Shown in pieces: positions 1-16,472 of a DNA stretch of 64,000 nucleotides. Within the stretch, counting starts at the first letter, position 1. The number at the start of each line of letters is the position of its first letter. Source of the DNA: the human T2T-CHM13v2.0 reference genome, Homo sapiens; assembly GCF_009914755.1 (NCBI RefSeq), contig NC_060925.1. One strand, written 5' to 3'. The notes under the pieces were generated by a model, which saw nothing but the letters and a program-made list of their open reading frames with translations, did not search any database and was not told the origin of the DNA. The translations under genes were made by a program, and so were the position numbers.

Positions 1-1330
<1,330 letters not shown>

Positions 1331-1708
1331 CTGAATTTTTTAGTAGAGGCAAAAGGCCATGTGTATACCCTTAATTGATTCAGGAAAAAAAATAACTCTA
1401 AAGGGAGATGGAGGAGGGGTGAACAGGAGAGGGAGGGTGCAATGTACAAATGATTTAAAAAGTGAGATGTTAACATCTGGATAAAGGGGGGTATAGGTAT
1501 TCTTGGTACTATGTATTTGTGGCAATTTATCTGTATACTTGAAATTTCTAAGTAAAATGTTGGAAAAGCAGAGTAAAAAGATATTCCCAACCAATGAGCA
1601 GTTTTCCTTACAATAATCAAGACCTATTATATTTAGGACACTAAGATCACTGAGACTTATTCAGGCTTTTCAAATGAACAGTTATACAGTGTATCAGTTT
1701 AAAACTTA

Positions 1709-1855
<147 letters not shown>

Positions 1856-2578
1856 TTATTGAAGAAACTTTCTGAACATTATCTATTTAAAAATTCTCAC
1901 CAGCTACAGAACTCAGATCCTCTGATAATTATCTTCTACCTCTATTGATATAAGTCTGACACAGCCTGTTTTCCTTGTCTTGACATATTAAAGACCAGGT
2001 CATGGGGAAACTTCCTCTCACAGTGGGAAGTTACTGGCCAATGAAAAAAAGACTGAATATTTAATATTGTTATATTGTTTTCATTTGTAATACTTTTGGT
2101 TTTCCAGCTTACTTTGATTCAGTGATTTTGAGATTTTTGTTCTTTAGAAAAAGAATATTCTTGAAGCAATCTGTGGAAATCTAATGTATATATACTATAT
2201 ATACAAGAGATAGGAGAAATGCTATGGTTCAAAATGCAGGCGGTGGCCTGGAGCCTTGGCCTCAGTGTTCTGGGGCATTTTAAATCCTCTGCTATAAATT
2301 ATCATAGTGTCCAGCATTAAAGTGATGAGATTTTGCTATCTGAATTTTAATTTACAATGCTTTGATTATTATAATCATTTAATTGAGGCTATTCTTTAAG
2401 TTGGTAGCAATAAAATGCAGGTATTTTTAGTGTTATGGCAAAGCCTGATTATTCAGTGAGTTGAAGATCCCTAATGGCCCCAATCTTTTAAAACAAATAT
2501 AAAATCAACACTTTCTCTAAACTCAATAATGCCATTAGTTTTAGATTAACGCATAATTCTTTCAGAAACTAAGTATTA

Positions 2579-2716
<138 letters not shown>

Positions 2717-2840
2717 TCAAAGACATTTATAGCAAGAGAAGTATGATCAAAAACTTTTTTTTGAGGAGGAGAGAGTGGAGTATATATCAGTAATAAAATA
2801 ATGAAAGTATTATATGGAAGGATCTTTTTGGCAGAAGATG

Positions 2841-2842
<2 letters not shown>

Positions 2843-2890
<48 letters not shown>
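2843..2890. repeat. (AC)24 microsatellite in a HENMT1 intron
   Basis: Direct reading. Confidence 0.98.
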
Positions 2891-2893
<3 letters not shown>

Positions 2894-3492
2894 CCTGAAA
2901 CTTTATAAGCCCATAGGCAAATTTCTATTTGATCACACTAAAATAGAAAGGTCCATTCCTATTCCAGAACAACTGTTATTGTCTATATTGAACTAATGAG
3001 AAACAATTACGTACACACAGTTTTCCCATTCAGAATCAGAATTTGGAGTCAAATATTCTCAGCATATTTCAGCAAACAAAGCTTTCTAAAACTTAGCTTT
3101 CACCCCTCACACATTTATTTGATTAAACAATTACCTCAAACCATCTGAAATTCCATACTGAACTCTGAGCTGCCAAAAAGCCAATTTTAGATGCTTTACC
3201 TGAATACACATGCCTAGATGGCTACAAAGATATAAACTAATACCTACGCCTTTGTGTCCAAGTGTAGAAACAGTAGTGGTGGAGTTAAGGGAAACCTTCA
3301 CACACAGGAATCTTCACTGAGTCTTCAACATCAAGCAGAAAAAGAAAGCTTTCATCTAGAAATTCACCTTACCCGCATCTAATTCACATCCAATCCATTA
3401 GTATAGTAACCAGGTATGGATGGATGGATGTAGATTATATGCAATTATGACTTTACTCTGAAGTTAACCGAGTAGGTTCATTATGATCTAAT

Positions 3493-3818
<326 letters not shown>

Positions 3819-4394
3819 TGATATTCTAACTAAATGCTCTAGAAGTACGGTACCTACAAGATCACATCCAACTATAAAATCTTAAGATTTTCTTCACATT
3901 TGAACCTGACAATGCTGAATTCTGTCTGAGCCCTGTGTTTCTGGCATCTGCTAAAGGAATCCACCTGTGCTTTGTGTTCCAGGAAAGGGCTCACTGCAAA
4001 AAACCACCCTCCTCCATAAAACTTAGATAAGATTCCTTGTGTTTCCATTCTTTGCCTCAAATGATTATCATGAATACTTGTCCCCACTGATCAATGGGAA
4101 GAAAATTCCTTTTTTAACCATACTTTATTCAAACTTTACTTCTTCCCCCAGGGCCCTGCACTACAGCCTGAGGAAACAGCCCCCTCCTTAAGGCTCCCCA
4201 TTCCACTGTCCTTTCAAACCACCCTCTCATCCCACCTCCCTAGTTTCTAGCTTTGTTCACTTCTCCAGTAAAAGAAAAACCCCTTTTGCTTAACTCTTGA
4301 GACACCTGCAGATCTTGTGGTTACGGCATTCTCCCTATTGCAATAACCCCTGTGAAAAGTCTCTCCATACTAATCCATTTGACAAAACACCTCA

Positions 4395-4607
<213 letters not shown>

Positions 4608-4961
4608 CTAAATCATGCATGACTTCAGAAATTAAATAAGGGGCAAAAAAAAAAAAACTTTATTTCCCCCAATCACTTTGAAAAACACACTGGCCTTCAC
4701 ATACCCTTTGTCCTAAAATCATTAGGTAGCACTGCATTTCCTCCACAGTTCATGTAAGCATCCTCTCATGCCTTTTAACAAGAGAGAATCTAGCTGTATG
4801 CTCCCTATAGCTTAGTTTCAGCTGAAGGGAACATTACCAATGAATGTATTCAATGAAAACAATTAGATGACTCCTAACCATAAGGGACCTTTTGTGGAGT
4901 GAGTCGCCAAAGCCTGTGGTCCAAGTAGGCAGGAGGCTGGAAAATATTTATAATGACTGAC

Positions 4962-5092
4962 TATATATATATACACACACACATATATATACACACACAC
5001 ACACACATATATGTACACACACTTACACACACACACATATATATACACACACACACACATATATATGTACACACACACACACACATATATAT

Positions 5093-5125
<33 letters not shown>
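4962..5125. repeat. Compound (TA)n/(CA)n microsatellite abutting an Alu tail
   Basis: Alternating TA and CA runs. Confidence 0.95.
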
Positions 5126-5126
<1 letters not shown>

Positions 5127-5425
5127 TTTTTTTTTCCCCCCAAGACGGAGTCTTGCTCTGTCACCCAGGCTGGAGTGCAGTGGCGCGATCTCAGCTCACT
5201 GCAACCTCCGCCTCCCTCAATTCAAGCAATTCTCCTGCCTCAGCCTCCCGAGTAGCTGGGATTACATTACAGGCATGCGCCACCATGCCTGGCTAATTTT
5301 TGTATTTAGTAGTGACGGGTTTCACCATGTTGGCCAGGCTCTTCTTGAACTCCTGACCTCGTGATCCACCCGCCTTGGCCTCCCAAAGTGCTGGGATTAC
5401 AGGTGTAAGCCACCACACCCAGCCA
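5126..5425 (-). mobile_element. AluS-type SINE in the HENMT1 intron after the ATG exon, followed by an Alu monomer fragment to ~5530
   Basis: Reverse-complement Alu dimer. Confidence 0.93.
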
Positions 5426-5914
5426 ACACTCTTTTTAAGAGAGAGAGAGGATCTCACTATGTCGCCCAGGCTGGTTTAAAATTCCTGGGCTCAAGCAATC
5501 CTCTGGCCTCGGCCTCCTGAGTAGTTGGGCATCTGTAGGAACATTCCAACACACCAGCAAAAGACTCTCTCACTGACCAAACTTCAGTCAGGTTCCTCTG
5601 AGCCATCTTCTTGAATAGACCTCAAACCCTGGCCCCAATCCTATCTTTGGGCTGCCTAGCCCAGTTTTAATAAGAATACTTCTAAGTCAGTTTAGACAGA
5701 ATCTTCTACCCCTGATATCTGATCACCCTATCTGGTCAAATTCTTCATCTTTGCAATGTTCTTATTGCAACAGTCCTCAATAAAGTCAGACTAATTTTTT
5801 CTTTAACATGACCCCAAGAAAAAACAGAATTTATAAGATTAATCTGTAATAGCTGTTACTATTCCTATACAGCAGTATTATAAAAGTAGTCCAAAGGGTA
5901 TTTGATATCTGATG

Positions 5915-6612
5915 TAGCACTGTCCAATAGATAAAATACAAGTAGGCAACTTTCTTGTAGCCCAAGAATTGGAATTATAATCGGAATTAGAATATTTAAA
6001 CCAATATATCGAAAATATAATTTTTACATAAAATCAATATAAGAGATTTTAGATTCTTGTTTTTCACATTAAGTCTTCAAAATCCAGTGTGCTACATATT
6101 TTGTACTTCTGCGTCTCAGTTCCAAAACCTTCATCAGAAATACTTGTCTGTATTGGATTTAAAAACTTTACATTTAAAATATACATGCACATACCCAAGT
6201 TATTCCAAACATACTTTTTTCCAATAATGTAATCAAATATCCAATTTTAAACTTAAAATTAAAAATGAAGTTATGAGCCCAGGTGGTCAGCGTTGCAGTT
6301 AACCGTGACTGGGCAAGTGCATTCCAGCCTGGGCAACAGAGCAAGACCCTGTCTTAAAAAAAAAAAAAATTAAAGTTCGGTTCCTCAATTCCACTAGCCA
6401 CATTTCAAGTGCCCACTTGCCATGTGTAGCTACTGGACAGCAGGGAGCTACACCCTAGGTACTCCCAATGTGGTTTCCAAACCAGTGGCATCTTCACCTA
6501 GAAACTTTAGAAACACAAAAGCTTGGGCCTCACCCTAGACCTCCTTAAACAGAATCTGCAACTTAACAAAATCCCCAGGTGATCCATATACACAACCACA
6601 TTGGGGAACACT
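5915..6612. mobile_element. Old hAT-Charlie DNA transposon relics (MER3/MER33-like to ~6440, with an Alu right-arm fragment at ~6275-6370; MER5-like ~6460-6612)
   Basis: Recalled end motifs gcactgtccaatag ... ctagccacatttcaagtg...tggacagca, and ccccaggtgat...ggaacact. Confidence 0.6.
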
Positions 6613-6855
6613 ACTTAGAGTGTTTTTAAAATAGATTTTGCTACTTTAACACCTAGTGATAAAAGTAAAAACATTTATTTTACTTACATACACCAAATGT
6701 GACTCTTTCATCTATGTATACCCTTGTTTACCTCAACCAACACCCCGGGAAATGCTAGGACCTAAATGTGATCAATTTTGTTTGCAATTATCTCACAATA
6801 CATCCAGGTGATAATTCTTAAGAGTCAAAGACGCAGCTAAGAAGGGTGGCATTAC

Positions 6856-6876
6856 CTGTAGATTATTTTCTTCCAT
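6856..6876 (-). CDS. HENMT1: HENMT1 first coding segment (MEENNLQ) within exon 2; 5' UTR part of the exon extends to 6954, or to 6991 with an alternative acceptor
   Basis: caaaATGG Kozak context, CAG|gtaatg donor; two candidate acceptors (tttattacag at 6955-6956, tttctttcag at 6992-6993). Confidence 0.95.
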
Positions 6877-7610
6877 TTTGTTTCGAAGTTTTGTTGAAAC
6901 AAAAATGAAGATTTATCCTTCAAGCTCTATTTGAGAGAATCAGCACTGACTCAGCTGTAATAAATACAAAACCGTTTTTGTAAAGCGATACCTGAAAGAA
7001 ATAGCTGCCTAGTTCAGAAGGGAAGAACGAAAGCCTCTTTCTTACTCCTTACTACAGTATATAATTTAAATAGAACGCTTAAAAGTAAATAATGAATTCA
7101 CCTCTGAGTACTCAAAAAAAAAAAAAAAAAACACGAAAGCAGGACTCGAACAGATATTTATACACCGAAGTTCATAGCATTATTCACAATAGCCAATCTG
7201 TGGATTAAATGTGGACTACCATTTAATCCACAGAATGTATCCAGTATTTTTTCAGACATTCGCAAACAGGCTCAGAAAGCGTAACTTTTCACTACGTCAA
7301 ACCCTACTAAGAGCGAAAACAGCCATCCTTTCCCTTTACTATCATGAATAGTTCAACTAGATACAAACGGAGCAATCTTAGGAGTTCTGCCCATTTCATT
7401 GCTAAGACCCTCAACTTCAAATTTTTTCAAAAATTTTTCCACACATCGTCAAAATGAAATTTCGAGGGGGAAAAAAAGTGTCCTTGATAAACTAGAGATG
7501 CTCCAACATCTATTCAATTCACTCACGAACTTGAATTTAAATTTTAGTTCTCTATTGCACATGTGTCTCCAACAACTAGACTTTAATCTGGAATCTAGGC
7601 AACATGTTAG

Positions 7611-8760
<1,150 letters not shown>

Positions 8761-9172
8761 TAGAACTGTTGATCTCTTGGAAAAGTTATTGTATCCTGCC
8801 ATCCTTCCCTCTGGAGACTCTACTTAATATATATAAGTACTTTCTTTCCTGTATATGATGGAAGAGTATTAGGGGGGTGAGGGGAGGGACGAAGCTGCCT
8901 TCTTTAGGGAAAAAAGATTGACTTATATTTTGAAAGATGCAAAAGCTGGTGTTTTTGCTACTGAATTAATAGCCTATTAATATGCCACAAATGATACATT
9001 GGAACTGTATTTTCAAACATTTAACGCCTGCTGTATGCAAAGCACTATGCTGACAGCTTAAGGGTACCACAATGATAAATTACACCAATCTTGTTTTTGG
9101 CATTTTGGGGAGTCTAGTGTCATAGGTAAAGAAGTACATAACTAACAATAAGCTTCAAAAATTCAATCATAA

Positions 9173-9433
<261 letters not shown>

Positions 9434-9564
9434 TCAGTGATAATTTCACATTACAGTTTGAGAGGTTCCTGTTGACTTGGGGAAACTAGTTTTAGCAGAC
9501 TTCATTAAAGGAGTGTACACCTTACTACAGGATGTAATTTAAAATAGAATGTTTAAATAATAAA

Positions 9565-10075
9565 TTCACTTCTGGGTATATACTCAAAGCAGGAATTCAA
9601 ACAGGTATTTGTACACCAAAGTTCGTAACAGCATTATTCACAGTAGCCAAAATGTGGAAACAACCCAAATGTCCATTAAAGGATGAATAAACAAAATGTG
9701 ATATACATACAATGGAATATTCAGCCTTTATTTTTCCAATCAGAGTTTCAGGAAAATCAACCTTTAAAAGGAGTGAAATTCTGACATTTGCTGCCACATG
9801 GATGAATCTTGATGATGATATGCTGAGTGATATATAATCAGTCACGGAAGGACAAATACTGCATGATTCAATTTATATCAGGTACCTAGAGTAGCCAAAT
9901 TCATAGAGACAAAGTAGAATGGTGGTTGCTACGGGCTGAGAGGAGGAGGGAATTGAGAGTTGTTTAATGGGTGATGGAAAAGTTTTGTAGATAGGATGGT
10001 TGCACTGAATGCCACTGAACTTAAAAATTGTTAAAGTGGTTTTATGTATATTTACCACAGTTTCAAAAATTTTAA
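9565..10075 (+). mobile_element. Old L1M 3' end fragment
   Basis: gcagcattattcacagtagccaaa...caacccaaatgtccat...tggatgaatcttga L1 3' motifs. Confidence 0.8.
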
Positions 10076-10709
10076 GGAAAACATAAAAGCTATCATCTAT
10101 ACAGCATTCCTGGATCTAGGGTTTTTGCCTCCCCTGCTGGTTAGCCCATTTATGAACTTGAGCTCCTCATGTCCATTCCCTCTCCAAATTTGCCTATTTC
10201 ATCATTCTCCTGGCCTCCTACTCTTATTAGAGTCTGAAAAATCATCCTTGGCTCTGTCCATTTTTGTCCTTCCCACACTTGGACAATCACCAAATTTTGA
10301 CTTCTTCAAGCTGTCATCTACCATCTGTTCCTTCCCACAGCTAATAGCTTAGCCTTTGTCATCTCATTTTGTCATTATAACTCATCTTTCCTTCGTACAC
10401 AAGGTAAGTCCTACTGAGTTATAGACCATGTAACGTCTTTTTAGAGTGGATTTTAAGTCAAATAGGCCTTAAATCCAGATTTTACTATTACTGCATAACC
10501 TTTGGAAGTTGACATCCTCTCTGAGTGTTACGGGGTTTTTTTAAGTTAAAAAATGAGAAATGATTACTTATTTGGTAAATGTGTATAGAGTATTTATTAT
10601 GGATCAAGTACTTGTTTGAATTTAAAAGACAGATAAAGATCCTTTCATAGCTTTTACAGTCCAGCAGGTGTAGGTGTCTGGCACACAATAGGTAATCAAG
10701 AGTTATCCT

Positions 10710-11309
<600 letters not shown>

Positions 11310-11445
11310 AAAATTTTTTAAGTTATTCTGGATGCCAGTTTGAGCCTGATGCTTAACAGGATGGAATATTTGGAGGTCTTGAGAAGAGGGTGATTGTATA
11401 TTCCATGTAAGAGGAATGTAAATAGTTTGTGTCTAGAAGGAAGAT

Positions 11446-12040
11446 TGTAACAGATTAAGATGTACGAATTCCTTCTCACCTATTGAGAGAAACGGGGTCT
11501 ATTTCTTTTCCTTTTGAATCTATATGGGTTTTGTGATTTCACCAATGAATAGAATACCTCTGCCAGTTTTTGGGCCTAGGACTTAAGAAACTGGCAGCTT
11601 CTACTTCCTGTTTTTTAACGCATCCACTCTTGGAACCCAAATGACAATCTGCGAAGAAGACTAAGGGGCCCCACGGAGAGGCCCACATGGAGAAAACTCA
11701 ATCCCCCCTCACCCGCTATCCCAGGCTGTCAGCCAGCACCACCTTGTCTTGCCAGCCATGTGAGTGAGCCATGTTGGAAGTGAATCCTCCAGGCCCGGTG
11801 AGCCATTTAAACTGACTGAAGACAGCAGCTCTGTCCATGTGCACAGAGAGTGGGAAGTGCCTGAAAATTTACATTTTCCTAGGTAGTGCTTTGCTAATGA
11901 CTGACCGGTGTGGATGTATAAAAGTCCAGCTCCGTGATCTCAGACTTCCGGCCTCCAGAACTGTAAGAAAATAATTTTTTGTTGTTTAAGCCATCCAGTC
12001 TGTGGTATTTTGTTATAGCTACCCAAGCTGACTGATAACA
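11446..12040 (+). mobile_element. MLT1-type MaLR solo LTR
   Basis: 3' motif gacttccggcctccagaactgtaagaaaataa...gtttaagccatccagtctgtggtattttgttatagc. Confidence 0.75.
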
Positions 12041-12859
12041 CTGAATTATGTACATAACTGAATAACCACCTATGGAGCAATAAGAGCACATTTGGAGCAT
12101 CTTCTCTACCAAGCAAGAAACAAAAACGTTCTCACCTTATCAATATTCTACAAGTTAACCTCTAACTTCTCAGGGTTGTTAACTGTTTGGACTCTCTTGT
12201 TTGTAGGGAGTGACTCAGAGAAAGTTAGAGTCCCCAAGAGAGCCATATGCCTGAGAGACAGGCTTAATTCTCTGGCATGTTACTAAAATGTCAGCCATGT
12301 GCAGTGGCTCATGCCTGTAATCCCAGCTCTTTGGGAAGCTGAGGCAGGAGGATTGCTTGAGGCCAGGAGTTTGAGACTAGCCTGGGAACGGCCCTTGTCT
12401 CCAAAATTAAAAATAAATTTTTTTTAGAAAATGTTAAATACTGTGAAATAATCTATTTCCAAGTGTTGGATATTTTTTCTGCACAGTAGTGAAATTATTG
12501 CTGGCTGTCTCGGTGTAAGAATGGCCATTGAGCTGCCTCATATCCTGATGGGAAGGTGCAGGGCCAGAAGTTGAATCACACTATGAGTGTGTTTTATGGG
12601 CCAGCTGTGAACCTATGAAAGTAGCAAAGAAGAAATAAGATTTGAAAAGCATGATTCCAAAAGAGTCTGGAAAATTCTTCCAGTTGTCAGACATGCAAAG
12701 TTGTAATTTCATATCCATAATTCTTTATGCTTTTTCTTATAGCAGGCCCTGACATTGTATAAGCTTCAGGCCCCACAAAACCTGGATCTGCCCTGCCAGG
12801 ATCAGCATCTAGAGGAAAACTACTACTTCCACAATAGCACAACCAATCTGATCATCCCT

Positions 12860-13311
12860 GCATCAGTCAGCATTCTCCAGAGAAACAGAGCCAACAGGAT
12901 AATGTGTATATATGTGAAGAAAGACTTATTTTAAGGAGTTGGCTCATGCAATTATGGAGGTGCAAGTCCAAAATCTGTAGGGCAGGCAGATGGGCAGACT
13001 GGAGACCCAGAGAAGAGTTGCAGTTCAAGTCCAAAGTCGGTTGGAAGAATTCCCTCTTGCTGGGTAACACTGGGGAAGCAGGAGTAGATGGAAAGGGGAG
13101 GTGTCAGGCTTTGCTCTACCAAGGACTTCAACTGATTGGATGAGGCCCAGTAACATTATGGAGGGAAACCTGCTTTGCTCAGAGTTTACTGATTTAAATA
13201 TTAATCTCATCCACAAAAAAATAAATAACCTTCACAGAAACATTTAGAATATTTGACCAAATATCTAAGTCCCATGGCTCAGACAACTTAACACATAAAA
13301 TTATCCATCAC
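12860..13311 (-). mobile_element. MLT2-type ERVL solo LTR
   Basis: ttctccagagaaacagagccaacagga ... acacataaaattatccatcaca matches reverse-complement MLT2 ends from recall. Confidence 0.75.
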
Positions 13312-13634
13312 AATTCCATTATCCCAATACAGGTCGGCAGGGCCTTGGGCAGGTGGTAACCTCAGCCCTGGAGTCTACAGCAATACTCTCACACTTAACA
13401 GATGTAGTTCTGTGGGTCCAGGTCCCACTTCGCAAGAGAGAATCTGATGGGCTAATTTCGACCAAGTCTCCTTTCCTAGTTCAATCACGTGTAAGGGTTA
13501 GAGAAAGGGTTGGGCTCACAAGGGACTTAGGGCTGCCTCTCTGGACTTGGGAGAGCAGGACTTCTCAAGAGAGTAATATAATTTTAATATATTACTAATA
13601 TATTACTCTAATAATATAATATAATATTAGAGAG

Positions 13635-13929
13635 TAATATAATTTGGATATTTGTCCCCTATAAATCTCATGTTGAAATTTGATGTTCAATGTTGAGGGC
13701 AGGTCTGGGACCTCCCTCCCTGCTTTTGCTCCCCCTCTCGCCATATGGCACAACTGCTCCCTTCACCTTCTGCTATGAATGGAAGCTTCCTGAGGCCTTC
13801 ACCAAAAGCGGAGGCTGGTACCATGCTTCACGCCCAGCCTGCAGAATCATGAGCCAAATAAACTACTTTTCTTTATAAATCATCCAGTTTCAGGTATTCG
13901 CTTATAGCAACACAAAATGGACTAATACA
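13635..13929 (+). mobile_element. MST-type MaLR LTR (internally deleted), TSD GAGAG
   Basis: tttggatatttgtcccc...cagcctgcagaatcatgagccaaataaac...ggactaataca. Confidence 0.8.
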
Positions 13930-14235
13930 GAGAGGAAATATTTTGAGCACATTGAAGGCCCCAAAATATTGAGCTTTTTTTTTTTAACCTATATAGTACT
14001 TTTCTTGCATCTCAGTTTGCTTATCTATAGAATGAGGATTAATAAGACCTACCAACTTCAGGGGGTCATTCTGGTGAGATAAGTGAAAAAATTTGTAAAG
14101 AAGTGTATAAATTTACCATTGTTTTTTAAAACTAAAATGATCTCTAACACTAAGTTGATGATCTGATCACAAAGATGGGGTAGATGAAATGAAGAGAAAA
14201 GGTTTCTGACATTTGTATACTTAGAAATGTATCCA

Positions 14236-15957
14236 GGCTGGGCATGGTGGTCCATACCTGTAATCCCAGCACTTTGAGAGGCCAACGCAGGAGGGTCACT
14301 TGAGGCCACGAGTTCAAAACCAGCCTGGCCACATTGAGAGGTGACAGTGTGTTGGCAGTCCTCACAGCCCTCGCTCACTCTTGGCGCCTCCTCTGCCTGG
14401 GCTCCCACTTTGGCGGCACTTGAGGAGCTCTTCAGCCCACCGCTGCACTGTGGGAGCCCCTTTCTGGGCTGGCCAAGGCCAGAGCCGGCTCCCTCAGCGT
14501 GCCGGGAGGTGTGGAGGGAGAGGCGGGAGCGGGAACCCGGGCTGCACGCAGCGCTTGCAGGCCAGCTGGAGTTCGGGTGGGCGTGGGCTTGGCGGGGACC
14601 GCACTCGGAGCAGCCGGCGGGACCTGCCGGCCCCGGGCAATGAGGGGCTTAGCACCCGGGCCAGTGGCTGCAGAGGTTGTACTGGGTCCCCCAGCAGTGC
14701 CAGCCCACCGGCGCTGTGCTCGATTTCTCGCCTGGCCTTAGCTGCCCTCCCGCGGGGCAGGGCTCGGGACCTGCAGCCTGCCATGCCTGAGCCTCCCACC
14801 CCCTCCGTGGGCTCCTGTGCGGCTGGAGCCTCCCTGATGAGCGCCGCCCCTTGCTCCACGGCGCCCAGTCCCATCGACCATTCAAGCGCTGAGGAGTGCG
14901 GGTGCATGGCGCGGGACTGGCAGGCAGCTCCACCTGCAGCTCTGGTGCAGGATCCACTGGGGGAAGCCAGCTGGGTTCCTGAGTCTGGTGGGGAGTGGAG
15001 AATCTTTATGTCTAGCTCAGGGATTGTAAATACACCAATCGGCACTCTGTATCTAGCTCAAGGTTTGTAAACACACCAATCAGCACCCTGTGTCTAGCTC
15101 AGAGTTTGTGAATGCACCAATCGACACTCTGTATCTAGCTACTCTGGTGGGGCCTTGGAGAACCTTTGTGTCAACACTCTATATCTAGCTAATCTGGTGG
15201 GGACCTGGAGAACCTTTGTGTCTAGCTCAGGGATTGTAAACGCACCAATCAGCGCCCTGTCAAAACAGACCACTCAGCTCTACCAATCAGCAGGATGTGG
15301 GTGGGGCCAGATAAGAGAATAAAAGCAGGCTGCCCGAGTCAGCAGTGGCAACCTGTTCGGGTCCCCTTCCACACTGTGGAAGCTTTGTTCTTTTGCTCTT
15401 TGCAATAAATCTTGCTACTGCTCACTCTTTGGGTCCACACTGCCTTTATGAGCTGTAACACTCACCGTGAAGGTCTGCAGCTTCACTCCTGAAGCCAGCG
15501 AGACCACGAGCCCACCGGGAGGAACAAACAACTCCAGACGCGCCACCTTAAGAGCTGTAACACTGACTGCGAAGGTCTGCAGCTTCACTCCTGAGCCAGC
15601 GAGACCACGAACCCACCAGAAGGAAGAAACCCCGAACACATCTGAACATCAGAAGGAACAAACTCTGGACACGCTGCCTTTAAGAACTGTAACACTCACC
15701 GCGAGGGTCCACTGCTTCATTCTTGAAGACAGTGAGACCAAGAACCCACCAACTCCAGACACAACATGACGAGACCCCATCTCTATAAAAAATTTAAAAA
15801 TTGGCCAGTGTGGTCGTCCATGCCTATAGTCCCAGCTACATGGGAGGCTGAGGTGGGACAATCAATCACTTGAGCTCAGGATTTCAAGCCTGCAGTGAAC
15901 TATGGTCACACCACTGCACTCCAGCCTGGATAACTTGTGTCAGAAAAAAATAAAAAT
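14236..15957 (+). mobile_element. Alu split in two (14236-14334 and 15764-15957) by the LTR12 insertion
   Basis: Left part ends accagcctggccacat; right part resumes acatgacgagacccc. Confidence 0.88.
14335..15763 (+). mobile_element. LTR12 (LTR12C-like, ERV9) solo LTR, 1429 bp, TSD ACAT
   Basis: TG...CA termini (tgagaggtgacag ... aactccagacaca), CpG-rich U3, tandem CCAAT repeats, gataagagaataaaagcagg TATA-like box, AATAAA at ~15404, 4-bp TSD. Confidence 0.95.
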
Positions 15958-16110
15958 GAGAGAGAGGGAGGAAGAGAGACAGAGAAAGAGAAAGAAAGAA
16001 GGGAGGGAAGAGGAAAGCAAGGGAAAGAAGGGAGGGAGGGAAGAAGGAAGAAAGGAGGGGGAAGAAAGAAGGAAGAGAAGAAGGAAGAAAGGGAGGGAGG
16101 GGAGAGGAAG
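15958..16110. repeat. GA-rich low-complexity purine tract
   Basis: Direct reading. Confidence 0.9.
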
Positions 16111-16180
16111 TATGTATTCAGTCAGGGTTCTTAATTGCAAACAATGGAATGCACTCAGGCTGGTTTAAGTAGAAAAGTAA

Positions 16181-16472
<292 letters not shown>

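Noticed and set aside
14381-15070. 229-aa and overlapping 183-aa ORFs
   Set aside because: They lie wholly within the GC-rich U3 of LTR12 and show no recognisable protein features.
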